A model generated the notes under the pieces. It did not search any database and had not been told where the DNA came from. It was given only the letters and a program-made list of their open reading frames with translations. A DNA stretch of 64,000 nt, from the IMG/VR virus record IMGVR_UViG_3300032116_000117, positions 1 through 64,000 of that record; one strand, 5' to 3'. The DNA comes from an uncultured virus (IMG/VR IMGVR_UViG_3300032116_000117). Lineage: Duplodnaviria; Heunggongvirae; Uroviricota; Caudoviricetes. Below are positions 1 to 10,116 of this stretch, piece by piece (position 1 is the first letter of the stretch; each line of letters opens with the position of its first letter). The translations under genes and the position numbers were made by a program.

Positions 1-1
1 T

Positions 2-199
2 TTAAAATTTGAAATATATGATAATTTAATTGTTGGAATTATTAATAATAATCAATATAATAAAATATATCATGTCAAATCATTAACAAGCTTTAAATGT
101 CCAAAAATTATATTTAAATCTCATAATGATAAACTTTATATGTGTAATAATGTAGAGTCAGAGTGTTTGACTTGTTTTGCTGGAGCACAAGATGTCTAA
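2..199 (+). CDS. 3' end of a hypothetical protein, truncated by the window edge
   Basis: Frame 2 is open from nt 2 to TAA at 197-199 (LKFEIYDN...CLTCFAGAQDV*) and overlaps the ATG at 192. Confidence 0.7.
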   Translation, partial: LKFEIYDNLIVGIINNNQYNKIYHVKSLTSFKCPKIIFKSHNDKLYMCNNVESECLTCFAGAQDV

Positions 200-1838
200 A
201 ACCTATTTTGACAAAGATGGAACATTAAGATATGTAGCAAAGGATGAAACACACAAGTGTTTTGATGCATCTCAAACATGTTCGTCCAATAGCAATAATA
301 TGGCTTGTAGAACTAATTGGTGGTACAATGGATATTGGTTTGGTTGGTGGGGATGGCATGGTAATTGGGGAGTATATGGAGATAATTTAACATATTTATA
401 TACAGAAATAGATGCTCCAGAAGCATATAGGTGTGGAGCAATTGATAATTGTCCTACGGGCGGGTCACAAAATTGTGATGATATAAGTAAAAATTCTTGT
501 GGTAAGCCAAGAATAGCAAGATGCAAAACTTATGGATGTGTATCGGATTATAACGGTTATTATGGCAATTATAATTGTGATATAGTTAATGGTAAAGACA
601 GAGAAATAAGATGTTGCAAAGCTCCATCAAATTTTCAGTGCAAAGAGGGAGAATGTGATTATGATTATGAAATAGTAAAAAAAGAATATACTGTCGAGTA
701 TGAATTAGTAAGACCAGCTTATTCGTGCATAGAGGAATACGAATATCCAAAAGAAGCTTGTGCTCCTCACGATGCAATTCCATCGGACGGTACATTTTGT
801 GAACAAAATATTACTGAATGTTCAACAGAGCCGGAAGCAAAATGTGAAACAGGATATAATTGGTGGCTCAATAATAAATGTCCAGAAAATCCCGAAAAAC
901 CAAAAGAAGGATATAAGAAAGAAATATCTACATCAACATCTGTGGTTAATTTTTGGGAGTTAGACGATTGTAATTGTGGATATAATAATGGCTACTATTC
1001 ATGTCCATCTTGTTATAAATGCGAAGATTTTGAAGATTGTAATTATGATTTAAGAGGATATAATAATGGATGGTATTGGAATAATTATGGTTTTGGAGGC
1101 TACATAGGAGATGATTGCTGCAATAGTGGGCTTTGGGGATGGGGATGGTGGGGTTATTGGGGTTTTGGTCCGTGTCCGATTGATGCTGGGGACGGGTCTG
1201 ATAATCCGTGGTGGTGTGATGGTTCAGAATGTGTTCAAAAAGCGAGCGGACAACAATCAGAAACGGACGATGGGCCGTATACTACATATTTAAAATGTAT
1301 GGAAAATTGTCTAAAAGATGAAACAGGAAGCACAAATAAATGCATACCGGATGCTAAAACCTATACAAGAGGTTATTGTTGTGATTCAAATTTTATTGAA
1401 CAAATGCAGAATAATATTAAAGATGGATGTTATGAAGAAGGCCCCAAATATACAAAAAAGACCAAAGAAAAGCTATGCTCAGCATCTAGCTGCTCAAATG
1501 ATCTTATCGTTGAAAGAGATGATGATATGTGTACATATGGAACAAAATATTGTCCATCTCATAAAGTAATTCGGACAGATACTGGTGCGCTATACACATA
1601 TGATCCTCCGATACAAGAAAAAGCATATAATAGAATATGTAATAGTTGTGAAAAAGCGACCAATGATGAATGTGAGAAAGATCCTCAATCTAAATGTCCA
1701 GCTAATACAGAATTACCATTATTGAGAAATACAAAAAAATATTTTGAAGATGAAGTCCTAGGAACAGCATCCATTAAATTGACAATGGTATTTTGTAAGA
1801 TAACCACGAAAGAATGTGTTATTGACTATTCTGAATAA
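192..1838 (+). CDS. Cys-rich, Trp/Gly-rich protein, possibly virion-associated
   Basis: ATG at 192 after GGAG (182-185); about 47 Cys by hand count; GWWGW-type patches. Confidence 0.8.
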   Translation: MSKTYFDKDGTLRYVAKDETHKCFDASQTCSSNSNNMACRTNWWYNGYWFGWWGWHGNWGVYGDNLTYLYTEIDAPEAYRCGAIDNCPTGGSQNCDDISKNSCGKPRIARCKTYGCVSDYNGYYGNYNCDIVNGKDREIRCCKAPSNFQCKEGECDYDYEIVKKEYTVEYELVRPAYSCIEEYEYPKEACAPHDAIPSDGTFCEQNITECSTEPEAKCETGYNWWLNNKCPENPEKPKEGYKKEISTSTSVVNFWELDDCNCGYNNGYYSCPSCYKCEDFEDCNYDLRGYNNGWYWNNYGFGGYIGDDCCNSGLWGWGWWGYWGFGPCPIDAGDGSDNPWWCDGSECVQKASGQQSETDDGPYTTYLKCMENCLKDETGSTNKCIPDAKTYTRGYCCDSNFIEQMQNNIKDGCYEEGPKYTKKTKEKLCSASSCSNDLIVERDDDMCTYGTKYCPSHKVIRTDTGALYTYDPPIQEKAYNRICNSCEKATNDECEKDPQSKCPANTELPLLRNTKKYFEDEVLGTASIKLTMVFCKITTKECVIDYSE

Positions 1839-1867
1839 TATACTATTATAAGTTAAAGGAAATAATT

Positions 1868-2395
1868 ATGGAGCCAACTATTTATTGTGTTTTTGAACAA
1901 TCAAATCTAAAGAATAATTTCTTGGTTTGTAAATATTGTCAATCTGTGATAGTGAAACCACAGGATTCAATGATGGTCTCTAAAGTATGTCCAGTTTTAT
2001 TAGACAGAGCATCTCAAAACCCGGAATATACACAAATTAATCTTAAAAAAATCACTGTTGAAAAACATGATGGAACATTGATTTCTGAAATAATTCCACA
2101 GGATAAAAAAACCCATCCTCATATTTTAAATGATTGGTGGTATGGTCATACGTTCTCAGATTTAAAACCAAACAATCCTCCTCAAATAAATCATGAACAA
2201 ATGATGCAAAGAGATCTCACCAATAAAAAACAATGTACACAGGAAGAAATTGATGCCAGGATGGATATATGTAAAGGCTGTGAATTTTTTAAGAATAATA
2301 CTTGTATGAAATGTGGTTGCGCATTATCTAGGGAAAAAAATTATATGAATAAATTACTATGGGCCGACCAGTCTTGTCCTATTAAAAAATGGTAA
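1868..2395 (+). CDS. Protein with C-terminal DUF6171-like Cys domain
   Basis: AAGGA RBS; RxxICxxC...CxxCGC...KLxWADQxCPxxKW motif. Confidence 0.75.
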   Translation: MEPTIYCVFEQSNLKNNFLVCKYCQSVIVKPQDSMMVSKVCPVLLDRASQNPEYTQINLKKITVEKHDGTLISEIIPQDKKTHPHILNDWWYGHTFSDLKPNNPPQINHEQMMQRDLTNKKQCTQEEIDARMDICKGCEFFKNNTCMKCGCALSREKNYMNKLLWADQSCPIKKW

Positions 2396-3391
2396 TTAAT
2401 AACCTGGCATTGCATCTCCCATTAATCTGTCCATGAGAGGACTAGAATTTGTAAGCGGCATCATCTTAGGAGGAGATCCAGAAGATTTTTTGGTAAAAGT
2501 AAATACCTTTATTGGCTCATCATGAGTAACAGTTATAGTTCTGTTTACAACCTTATCTCCAAAAAGCATTCTAACATCTACCTTCGTATTATATTTATTT
2601 TCCCAGTTTTTAAATCTGTGGATAAATACAGTATAATTTCCTGCTGGACATGATCCCTTTGGCCAAAATATATTTTCTACAGCCTCTTTTGTTGTTGGAT
2701 GAACATTGCAGTCCACATCTAACATACCTCCAAAAGCATCTGATCTATTTGTCCAAGATATATGATTAGAATATTGTCTACTTTCAACATAAACCCAAAC
2801 ATCAATATCGTTAAAATCGTCCCAAGATATTGATACCTGAACATCTCCTGTTTTTGCTCCTCTCTTTTTTAATCTTTCTTCCATTTTTTCGAATCTGCCA
2901 TTCCCTGCTGATCCGTTTCCTGTGCCTCCAGATCCTCTTCTGGATGGCTTTCCTTTCCCCGTTGTTTCAGGAGCCTCTGACCATGGATCAATAGCATTTT
3001 TTTGATTTTCAAAAGCAGCTAATAAATCTGATGGTGTAAATTCTTTAACTGGACTAACATCTATTGGCGTATCATAATCCAAATTTACTGACATTATTTC
3101 TTGGTCAGCAGGAGTATCTATCATATAGGCATCATCAGGAGGAGCGTCTAATACATCTCCCGCAATTTCTATTTTTATTTCTTCTTGTTCTGATAAATCA
3201 ATATCTTCAATTTCTTCTGGGGGAGAAAATACCAAAGATATTGGCATTATTTTTGAATCCATAGAAACAAAACTTAATGCTAATACTAGCAATACACTAG
3301 TATTAATAATAAAGCTTTGCCACAAACCCTTTTTATATCCCCAAATTACTAAATCTTCTACTTTGTATCTGAATCCTTTGGACCTTGCCAT
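2396..3391 (-). CDS. Membrane-anchored protein with C-terminal YfaP/DUF2135-like domain
   Basis: N-terminal hydrophobic helix, acidic and Gly-rich linker, then GDVQVSISW..DIDVWV..GGMLDVD..VENIFW..GNYTV. Confidence 0.65.
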   Translation of the reverse strand: MARSKGFRYKVEDLVIWGYKKGLWQSFIINTSVLLVLALSFVSMDSKIMPISLVFSPPEEIEDIDLSEQEEIKIEIAGDVLDAPPDDAYMIDTPADQEIMSVNLDYDTPIDVSPVKEFTPSDLLAAFENQKNAIDPWSEAPETTGKGKPSRRGSGGTGNGSAGNGRFEKMEERLKKRGAKTGDVQVSISWDDFNDIDVWVYVESRQYSNHISWTNRSDAFGGMLDVDCNVHPTTKEAVENIFWPKGSCPAGNYTVFIHRFKNWENKYNTKVDVRMLFGDKVVNRTITVTHDEPIKVFTFTKKSSGSPPKMMPLTNSSPLMDRLMGDAMPGY

Positions 3392-3693
3392 TTATGCCAA
3401 CCTTTATTTTGTAACCAATTATTTTGATCGTCTTTGCGTCTTGGGAAAAGCGTTCCACCCTTCTTGTGTTGACCAAAAGCAAGGATGGCGCCGCAGTCCA
3501 TACATCTTAACTCATAGTAGTCGTTGCCGTCAACATTGCGAACAACAAATTTTAAATTCTGACTGCCACAGATTCCACACTTCTCTTCTCCAAATATCTC
3601 TTGCACAGCCGCAAGTTCCTTAAAGATTTCTTTTTGGCCATCGCCATCTAGCTCAAACTCTAACTTGTTGTTTACTTTGTATCTTAATTTCAT
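3358..3693 (-). CDS. Zinc-ribbon hypothetical protein
   Basis: CGICG and CMDCG; GGAG RBS. Confidence 0.7.
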   Translation of the reverse strand: MKLRYKVNNKLEFELDGDGQKEIFKELAAVQEIFGEEKCGICGSQNLKFVVRNVDGNDYYELRCMDCGAILAFGQHKKGGTLFPRRKDDQNNWLQNKGWHKWQGPKDSDTK

Positions 3694-3695
3694 AA

Positions 3696-4397
3696 TTATC
3701 TCCAACTAGACTCATAACCTAATAGACTTTTTGGTATAGAATCCAGATTTTGTTGATGTGTGGATAAAGACCTAATTACATTGACAGCATCATTATGTGT
3801 CATAGCATATATATTATCAGATGATATGTCCAATGAGGCAAGTAGTGATTTGACATTGATATTTAATCTTTGAGAAATACTATCTATAAAACTAATCTGA
3901 TTGCTACTAATTTTATTGACCGATTCATGATCAGGATTATCGTCTATAGAATTGGCCAATTCTTCTGCGGCCACTACTTTCCTCAGTCTTAATGCTCTTC
4001 TAAGTGCTCTTCCTTCGGCTCTGGTTTCAGCAACGGCCACAGGATGGTTTCTATAAACCTTGTCGCAATTACCCCAATAAACGTCCGCAGCGCCTGTGAC
4101 TGACCTGTGTTTAATTTCCTCGGGTGTTGACAGATCATTTAAAACATAATCAATCCTGTACACTACAGTTGCTCTTTTTTCGTTTTCTGGAGAAGGAGCC
4201 TGAACAACATCCGTACTAATATGAGTAACCGTGCAATTCATCGCTTTTTCAAAAATTCTTCTAAGTCCATCTGTTGTTGGATTTCCGTCTATTTTTTCAT
4301 CATCGCTCAATAAACCAAGAACATAGTCATTCCATCCTAGATCATTAGGTGTAACTTTTTCTTCTTGAGTGATTTTTACTTCGTCCTTTTTAGCCAT
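3696..4397 (-). CDS. Putative ssDNA-annealing protein (Rad52/Sak-like)
   Basis: GAAD...AETRAEGRALRRAL motif; AGGAG RBS. Confidence 0.5.
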   Translation of the reverse strand: MAKKDEVKITQEEKVTPNDLGWNDYVLGLLSDDEKIDGNPTTDGLRRIFEKAMNCTVTHISTDVVQAPSPENEKRATVVYRIDYVLNDLSTPEEIKHRSVTGAADVYWGNCDKVYRNHPVAVAETRAEGRALRRALRLRKVVAAEELANSIDDNPDHESVNKISSNQISFIDSISQRLNINVKSLLASLDISSDNIYAMTHNDAVNVIRSLSTHQQNLDSIPKSLLGYESSWR

Positions 4398-4399
4398 GA

Positions 4400-5194
4400 T
4401 CAATCTCCTATTTCTATTAATCTTTTTGATGGTTCTGGAAATTTTGCTGATATCAGTCCTAATTCTTCTACCAGTTTCTCACATATCAGAGATGCTCTGC
4501 TTTTGGAGAAATCTTTTGATTGCTTTATCCTAATCAACACAAGTCCTTTGCCCAAAATTAATCCATTCTTTTTATTATCATATTTTTGATTTTTCTTAAG
4601 AGCATCTTCACCCCACACAGGATTAAAATGAGATGGTCCGTCTACCTCAATAGCCACAGACATAGTAGGTAAGAAAAGGTCAATCTGCAACTTGGTATTT
4701 GATAAGGTCTGCTCTTTGTGAAAGTCAACCTTGTATCCTTTTTTTATCAATTGCTCTAAAAGAAACAATTCTAGCTTTGATCCTACATTACTAGATTTCC
4801 TTACAGCAGCATTTGCGCTTCTCAAAATATTTTGTTTTTCATCATCAGATAACTTTTCCCAATTGTCTTTAGCTGTTTGCTTACGTTTTTCTAATTCAAC
4901 GTCATCTAATTCCTCCCATGACTGTAAAACAGACATTCCTATTTTACTCTTAACATGATCTGGTCTTTCTGTGCCTTTTGTCGGATGAGTGTGTCTTCCG
5001 CTTGATAGGGCAACCTTTTGAGCTTTACTTTTGTCTCTTATGGATATGCTGAATTTGATAGCATCTCTTCTTACTCTATTAGAATATGTATTGTATTTTT
5101 TGGCTATTTCACCAAAACTTAACAGATTATTTTCATATTCTTTTTTGAGCATTTCTTTTTTTTGACTATCGTTAAAATCTTCATATGATTTCAT
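4400..5194 (-). CDS. Vsr/DUF559-like endonuclease with N-terminal DNA-binding region (homing-endonuclease-like)
   Basis: QIDLFLP..VAIEVDGPSHF..KNGLILGKGLVLIRI. Confidence 0.7.
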   Translation of the reverse strand: MKSYEDFNDSQKKEMLKKEYENNLLSFGEIAKKYNTYSNRVRRDAIKFSISIRDKSKAQKVALSSGRHTHPTKGTERPDHVKSKIGMSVLQSWEELDDVELEKRKQTAKDNWEKLSDDEKQNILRSANAAVRKSSNVGSKLELFLLEQLIKKGYKVDFHKEQTLSNTKLQIDLFLPTMSVAIEVDGPSHFNPVWGEDALKKNQKYDNKKNGLILGKGLVLIRIKQSKDFSKSRASLICEKLVEELGLISAKFPEPSKRLIEIGD

Positions 5195-5636
5195 ATAGAG
5201 CCTCTGGTGTTACATCTAGTAGCTTGATTGGTTTCCAAGACAAATTGAAAATCTCTTGTATAGTAGCATCGTGTGTTAATATTTCAACTTTTGGATTATC
5301 AAAAAGCTGTGACCAATCTTCATAATTAATGTTGTATATTTTTGTCCATGGAATATCTTTATTTTGAAAATAATATATTTTATTAATATTTGGAAAATTA
5401 ATTGCCAACTCTAATGATAATATATCCCAAACAAAAAAATTACCATATTCATATTTTGCTTCGTAAATAGGTAGTATTGGAAACTTTTTATCAGCATTCA
5501 CAATATCAAATGAAGAAGAAAAAAACTTTAAGTTAATACTTCTGTCAATATCATTTAAGCTATTAAACCAAGAGATCATAGAAGAATCATATTCTGATTG
5601 TGGATGAATGGCTATTGCAGATAATTTTTTATTCAT
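5181..5636 (-). CDS. Hypothetical protein, possibly a glycosyltransferase-like fragment
   Basis: Overlapping ORF in operon; no clear motif. Confidence 0.55.
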   Translation of the reverse strand: MNKKLSAIAIHPQSEYDSSMISWFNSLNDIDRSINLKFFSSSFDIVNADKKFPILPIYEAKYEYGNFFVWDILSLELAINFPNINKIYYFQNKDIPWTKIYNINYEDWSQLFDNPKVEILTHDATIQEIFNLSWKPIKLLDVTPEALYEII

Positions 5637-6363
5637 ATTTTGACTTAATGTATTTAACAAGATTTGAAATTTTATTTTTATTTATTTGACTGGCTTCGTA
5701 ATTTACAGATGGATTTTTTATATCATCTAATGATGGCGTTTCCACAGTATCTAGCAATGTATTTTTTGTTAAATTTAATATGGGTTTATTCATATTCATA
5801 GCATCATAAACATATGTATTATCCATATTAATATATAATGAACATCCACTAAGAAGTTTCATCATGGTTTGTTCGTCAACAAGACCCAAATTTTGAACGT
5901 GACCAACCTTGTAACAATTTACTAATTTAACAGGAATTTCTTTGTTTTGTGGATATATAATTGGCTGTAATATTGTGTTTTTTTGTTCATCTTTACAGGT
6001 AAGGTCACATAGTATATAATTTTTATCTTTTAATTCTGTTTGAAAATATTCATTATATGGTAGATAGCTATCTTTACTGATATAATTTGTTCTTTTGCTA
6101 GAAAATGAATACTTTTTTTCACTAAAAGTTAAAACCATAAAAATAGTTTTGATAGAATCATCTATATTTTTCATAAATTTTTTGATATGATAATTAGACA
6201 GATCTCCTTCGTGAAGGATGACAAAATCTGGTTTTGATGCTAGAATAATTTCATAGATATTATCTGGCTCAAAAATTAATGTGTTCGATCCATATTCTTT
6301 GCTTAAAGCGTTAGCGAAAAGTTGTTCTGGTCTACTACTTATATTTGTTATGTATGTTAGCAT
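5629..6363 (-). CDS. Hypothetical protein with GT-B-like traces
   Basis: KPDFVILH and YDAMNMNKPIL resemble GT-B segments. Confidence 0.5.
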   Translation of the reverse strand: MLTYITNISSRPEQLFANALSKEYGSNTLIFEPDNIYEIILASKPDFVILHEGDLSNYHIKKFMKNIDDSIKTIFMVLTFSEKKYSFSSKRTNYISKDSYLPYNEYFQTELKDKNYILCDLTCKDEQKNTILQPIIYPQNKEIPVKLVNCYKVGHVQNLGLVDEQTMMKLLSGCSLYINMDNTYVYDAMNMNKPILNLTKNTLLDTVETPSLDDIKNPSVNYEASQINKNKISNLVKYIKSKYE

Positions 6364-7033
6364 ATGTCTTATTTTTATAGTGTAAATATTTGTGTACTGT
6401 ATTTTTTTTAACTATCTCAAGATCAAAAACAATATCATTCTCAATAAGTCCGTTGATAGTTTCAAATAAAAATAGACTTTTAGCTTTGGATTCAAAAGTC
6501 TCAGATCCTATCAGAGACATTACTCTATCATAATCTTCCGACCCAATATAGGCTATCTCAGACCATGTATTCTCAAGATCATAAAACATATAAATTGCTT
6601 TGTTCTTTTGCGATCTAATTCCTATATTAAAATTAATATCGTTTGTCTTTATGACTCCTAGACTTGATACTTTAATATTCTTTGGCTTGTAGCAACCAAC
6701 AACGCCGCTTTGTACAATTAAAAAATTATTGCCACTTATATTTTTTAGAGCTTTAATTAATCCGTATGTATTATTTACAGAATCAAAATGATTATCGTAA
6801 ATAAAATTGATATTTTTATACTTGTATCTGTGTATAACTTTTTCTACTTTTTCGCACTCAAATCCATTTACTACATGTATAGCGTGTTTTGTAGAACCGT
6901 AGGTTAGTTTAATTTTTTTTATCTGTTTGATAACTAATGGTTCTTCTGGTTTTCCTATTGGAATAATAGCTCTTGGGCCATAAGATTTCATTCCTTTTGG
7001 AACCTCAGAAGATAATAATATGATATTGATCAT
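6335..7033 (-). CDS. Degenerate sugar-phosphate nucleotidyltransferase-like protein (LicC/GlmU fold)
   Basis: IILLSSEVPKGMKSYGPRAIIPI and VVNGFECEKV..YDNHFDSVN; canonical AAGxGxR motif is lost. Confidence 0.55.
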   Translation of the reverse strand: MINIILLSSEVPKGMKSYGPRAIIPIGKPEEPLVIKQIKKIKLTYGSTKHAIHVVNGFECEKVEKVIHRYKYKNINFIYDNHFDSVNNTYGLIKALKNISGNNFLIVQSGVVGCYKPKNIKVSSLGVIKTNDINFNIGIRSQKNKAIYMFYDLENTWSEIAYIGSEDYDRVMSLIGSETFESKAKSLFLFETINGLIENDIVFDLEIVKKNTVHKYLHYKNKTYANIHNKYK

Positions 7034-7752
7034 TGTAATGTTAATCTTATTGTTTCGTTGTCTTCTTCGAGACTCGACAAGGCCAAACCAAATCTTTCGT
7101 GAGTATTACTCCATAGATTCATAGGAATAACAATATTATGAAATGAAAAAATATCATTAGGCAAAAATACAACCTTATGATATCTTAATAGATTAAAAGT
7201 ATTTAGAACAGTATCAATTGAATCTAATAATATTTTATATTTATTATTTATAGTATAAATCAGATCTGTTTTAATAGAAGTACTAGATAAAATCATATCT
7301 ATAATTTCGCTCTCTGTCATCTCATCTTCTAGAATAGCATGTAATTTCCAGTTTTGAAATTCATTATTTTCTATGAATTCTATATATTGAGATTTATTAA
7401 TATCAAAAGAGTTTTTTATAACAAAATAAATATAATCATATTTTATATTCTTTAATATACTAAGATTAGTTGTAAAATTATCCCAATTATTATCAATAAA
7501 ATAGATAAAAGAAATCGTTGGACGAGACTCTAAAATTTCTTTCACAATGCCTGACTCGTCAACAATCTCCTTTTTTTGGGCCACCCATTCACTAGTTCTT
7601 GCATATGGACAGTAAAAATTATAAATCACATTATTTTGAATATTTTTTGAAGAAAATACCATAGGAAAATTATGTAGCAATGTTTGAGGTATATCAAATC
7701 CACAAACATTATCTTTATAAAAATAGCAATTTTCACATTTTGTTACTATCAT
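7030..7752 (-). CDS. Hypothetical protein with N-terminal Cys cluster
   Basis: CENCYF..C..C; ATGA overlaps. Confidence 0.6.
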   Translation of the reverse strand: MIVTKCENCYFYKDNVCGFDIPQTLLHNFPMVFSSKNIQNNVIYNFYCPYARTSEWVAQKKEIVDESGIVKEILESRPTISFIYFIDNNWDNFTTNLSILKNIKYDYIYFVIKNSFDINKSQYIEFIENNEFQNWKLHAILEDEMTESEIIDMILSSTSIKTDLIYTINNKYKILLDSIDTVLNTFNLLRYHKVVFLPNDIFSFHNIVIPMNLWSNTHERFGLALSSLEEDNETIRLTLQ

Positions 7753-8162
7753 GCTCTTCTCTCTATAATCACATTCTCTGATAATCCATCGTACACTAAA
7801 CTTTTTATTGCAAAATTTGTACTATTGTTTAAAATTTGTTCTAAATGAGAATCATCTACTAAAGATTTAACATTAGCAATAATATTATTAAGCTGTTTTT
7901 CTTCTATTCTATCAAGATAACAGTTTTTACTAAATAATTTGAGATTAATAAATTTTAGATGTAGAGTTCCTCCTACCCGCAATTTTTTTAATAGTTCATT
8001 TGTTAAAACCGTTCTTTCAGAAATAGTAAATAAATCCAAACAGTCACACAAAATATTTTCCGATGACCCGTTGGATATCATATTAACATTAGAAATGTTT
8101 ATTTTTTCTGCGTCAGGAACGGGATTGTTGTCGCCAGCATGAACATAGATATATTTTGACAT
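7749..8162 (-). CDS. Degenerate SAM methyltransferase-like protein
   Basis: CDCLDLF...ELLKKLRVGGTLHL resembles class I MTase motifs. Confidence 0.45.
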   Translation of the reverse strand: MSKYIYVHAGDNNPVPDAEKINISNVNMISNGSSENILCDCLDLFTISERTVLTNELLKKLRVGGTLHLKFINLKLFSKNCYLDRIEEKQLNNIIANVKSLVDDSHLEQILNNSTNFAIKSLVYDGLSENVIIERRA

Positions 8163-9007
8163 TATATTACATATCTCCTATATTTTAATAGATCATATAT
8201 TGAGGCCAAGTCCAACCAACTGTTATTATTAACCTGATCATTTATTGTTTTTATATCATTATTGAATTGATTACTATTGTAAAGCTCTATTAGTTTATTA
8301 TAACTTTCATGATCTATATTATCTACGACATATAAATTATCATATTGATTTTCAATAAAATTACTTTTTTGGTAAAATTGTAAACAAACACATTTATTCT
8401 TTAATGCCAGAAGAGTGTCATGAATATTGATTGGATTAAAATCTATGCAAATTTTATATTCAGCAAATATATCTTCTAAATCGTTTATGCTGGATGGCAG
8501 GGTTTCTATAATGGTAGCATCTGGAATACCATCAGTTATATTTTTTTTAAGATTGTCATTTAATTTATTCAAATGATAATTGATAACCAAACAATCTTTA
8601 GTTTTTTCTTTTTCTGATATTTTAGAATTAATATTTATTGTATTTATACATATTAAATTTTCTTTATTGATTGGATTTAATGTATCATATAAAAATATGG
8701 TATTTTTTGGAACAGAATCATTGATCTTTTCTTTGTTATTAACATAATACAATATTGGTAGATGAAAAGCATTAGAAAGATTAATGATAGTATTATCTAT
8801 GAAATGAGTAAAAATAAAATCATAGTTAAACCATGTTAAATCTGAAACATTGGTTAGATTTTGATGTTTAATATTGGTGTTGCTAAAGTAGTTGACTGGA
8901 ATGTCTAATATTGGCATATCTATAGCAGACATAGAGGGAAAATATAAGACATTGATCTCTTTATTGCTAAATTTTGATAGCAAATTTTTTATTGTATATA
9001 CTGACAT
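8162..9007 (-). CDS. Hypothetical protein with GT-B-like traces
   Basis: Very AT-rich ORF in operon. Confidence 0.55.
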   Translation of the reverse strand: MSVYTIKNLLSKFSNKEINVLYFPSMSAIDMPILDIPVNYFSNTNIKHQNLTNVSDLTWFNYDFIFTHFIDNTIINLSNAFHLPILYYVNNKEKINDSVPKNTIFLYDTLNPINKENLICINTININSKISEKEKTKDCLVINYHLNKLNDNLKKNITDGIPDATIIETLPSSINDLEDIFAEYKICIDFNPINIHDTLLALKNKCVCLQFYQKSNFIENQYDNLYVVDNIDHESYNKLIELYNSNQFNNDIKTINDQVNNNSWLDLASIYDLLKYRRYVI

Positions 9008-10116
9008 ATATTCTGTCCTATATTTTCATATGAAAATCTTGATAAATATTTTGAACTGTCAACCTGTGGCCTGTTTTCAAAAGCCAATCTCATTTGTCTT
9101 TTTAATTCTAAAACGCTTGGAATAGACCATGTTTCTTCTCCGTTGTACATATCAATTCCTCCAAGATAAGAATAGTCTTGCATTATAACTGGTTGTTCTT
9201 GGCATGAGACCAATCCAAAATCATTTGAATCGATCATTTCTTTTATTCCAACTCCTTCTGATAATATCACATAATTTCCAAAACATAGTGCTTCAGCGGC
9301 CGGTCTACAAAATGCTTCTCCATACGAACACACAACAAAACAATCGCAAGAATTATGTATTGCTAATAATTGTTCGTCTTGTAGTCTTTCTGTGATAGTC
9401 AAAATTGGAGCAAACTTTTTTCTTGTTCTAAGAGATTTTTGTATATTGTGGATCTCTTCTTGTGTTTTTTGTGAGGCTTGTGTTGCAGATAGTCCGGGTA
9501 TATTTGTTTTTAGGACAAAGCAAACATCATCTGTTTCGTCAAATTCTAAACAAAATGCAGCAATTAAATCTTTAATATTTTTTCTTTGTATATTTTCTCC
9601 AATATAATAAAATTTGTATGAATTTTTCACACGCTCTGCAAATTGAAGTTTATTATCATATTCTGAGAATTTTGATATGTTTTTTGTGCCGATTGGTTGC
9701 ATAATTGAATTAGCCTTTGTATTTACTCCGCTTCTTTTCAAGCACTCAACCTCTTTTTGAGTAGACACTAAAATCTGATTCATAGAATTTAATGGAAACA
9801 CTCCATCCGAAAATAGCTTGTTGTTTTCCAGAAATATTATAGCAATGTTTTGTGCGTAGTTACCATTGTAGGACAGGGCAGATGGCAATGCTTTTTGTAT
9901 TACAATATCATAACTATTGGATATATTTTTTTCTGCCTCTAATATATTTTTGTCAAGGATATCATATTTTGCGTTATAGTTTAGATAAACTGGAACAGCT
10001 GAAATATTGTGTCCAGTCGTTAGTAAAGATAGCAGACAGTCTCTTGCTGCTAATCCCCATCCGTCGTTTTGTCTATATGGACCAACATATAAAATATTTT
10101 TAGGCGATGTTAGCAT
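8989..10116 (-). CDS. Glycosyltransferase, GT4 family
   Basis: RKNIKDLI..CDCFVVCSYGEAFCRPAAEALCFG. Confidence 0.85.
   Translation of the reverse strand: MLTSPKNILYVGPYRQNDGWGLAARDCLLSLLTTGHNISAVPVYLNYNAKYDILDKNILEAEKNISNSYDIVIQKALPSALSYNGNYAQNIAIIFLENNKLFSDGVFPLNSMNQILVSTQKEVECLKRSGVNTKANSIMQPIGTKNISKFSEYDNKLQFAERVKNSYKFYYIGENIQRKNIKDLIAAFCLEFDETDDVCFVLKTNIPGLSATQASQKTQEEIHNIQKSLRTRKKFAPILTITERLQDEQLLAIHNSCDCFVVCSYGEAFCRPAAEALCFGNYVILSEGVGIKEMIDSNDFGLVSCQEQPVIMQDYSYLGGIDMYNGEETWSIPSVLELKRQMRLAFENRPQVDSSKYLSRFSYENIGQNICQYIQ

Noticed and set aside
192..2395. Diversity-generating retroelement target in the Cys-rich genes
   Set aside because: No reverse transcriptase and no template/variable repeat pair seen in the window
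2390..2400. Terminator or origin at the strand-convergence point
   Set aside because: The two stop codons abut directly (TAA/TTA) with no hairpin or repeats visible
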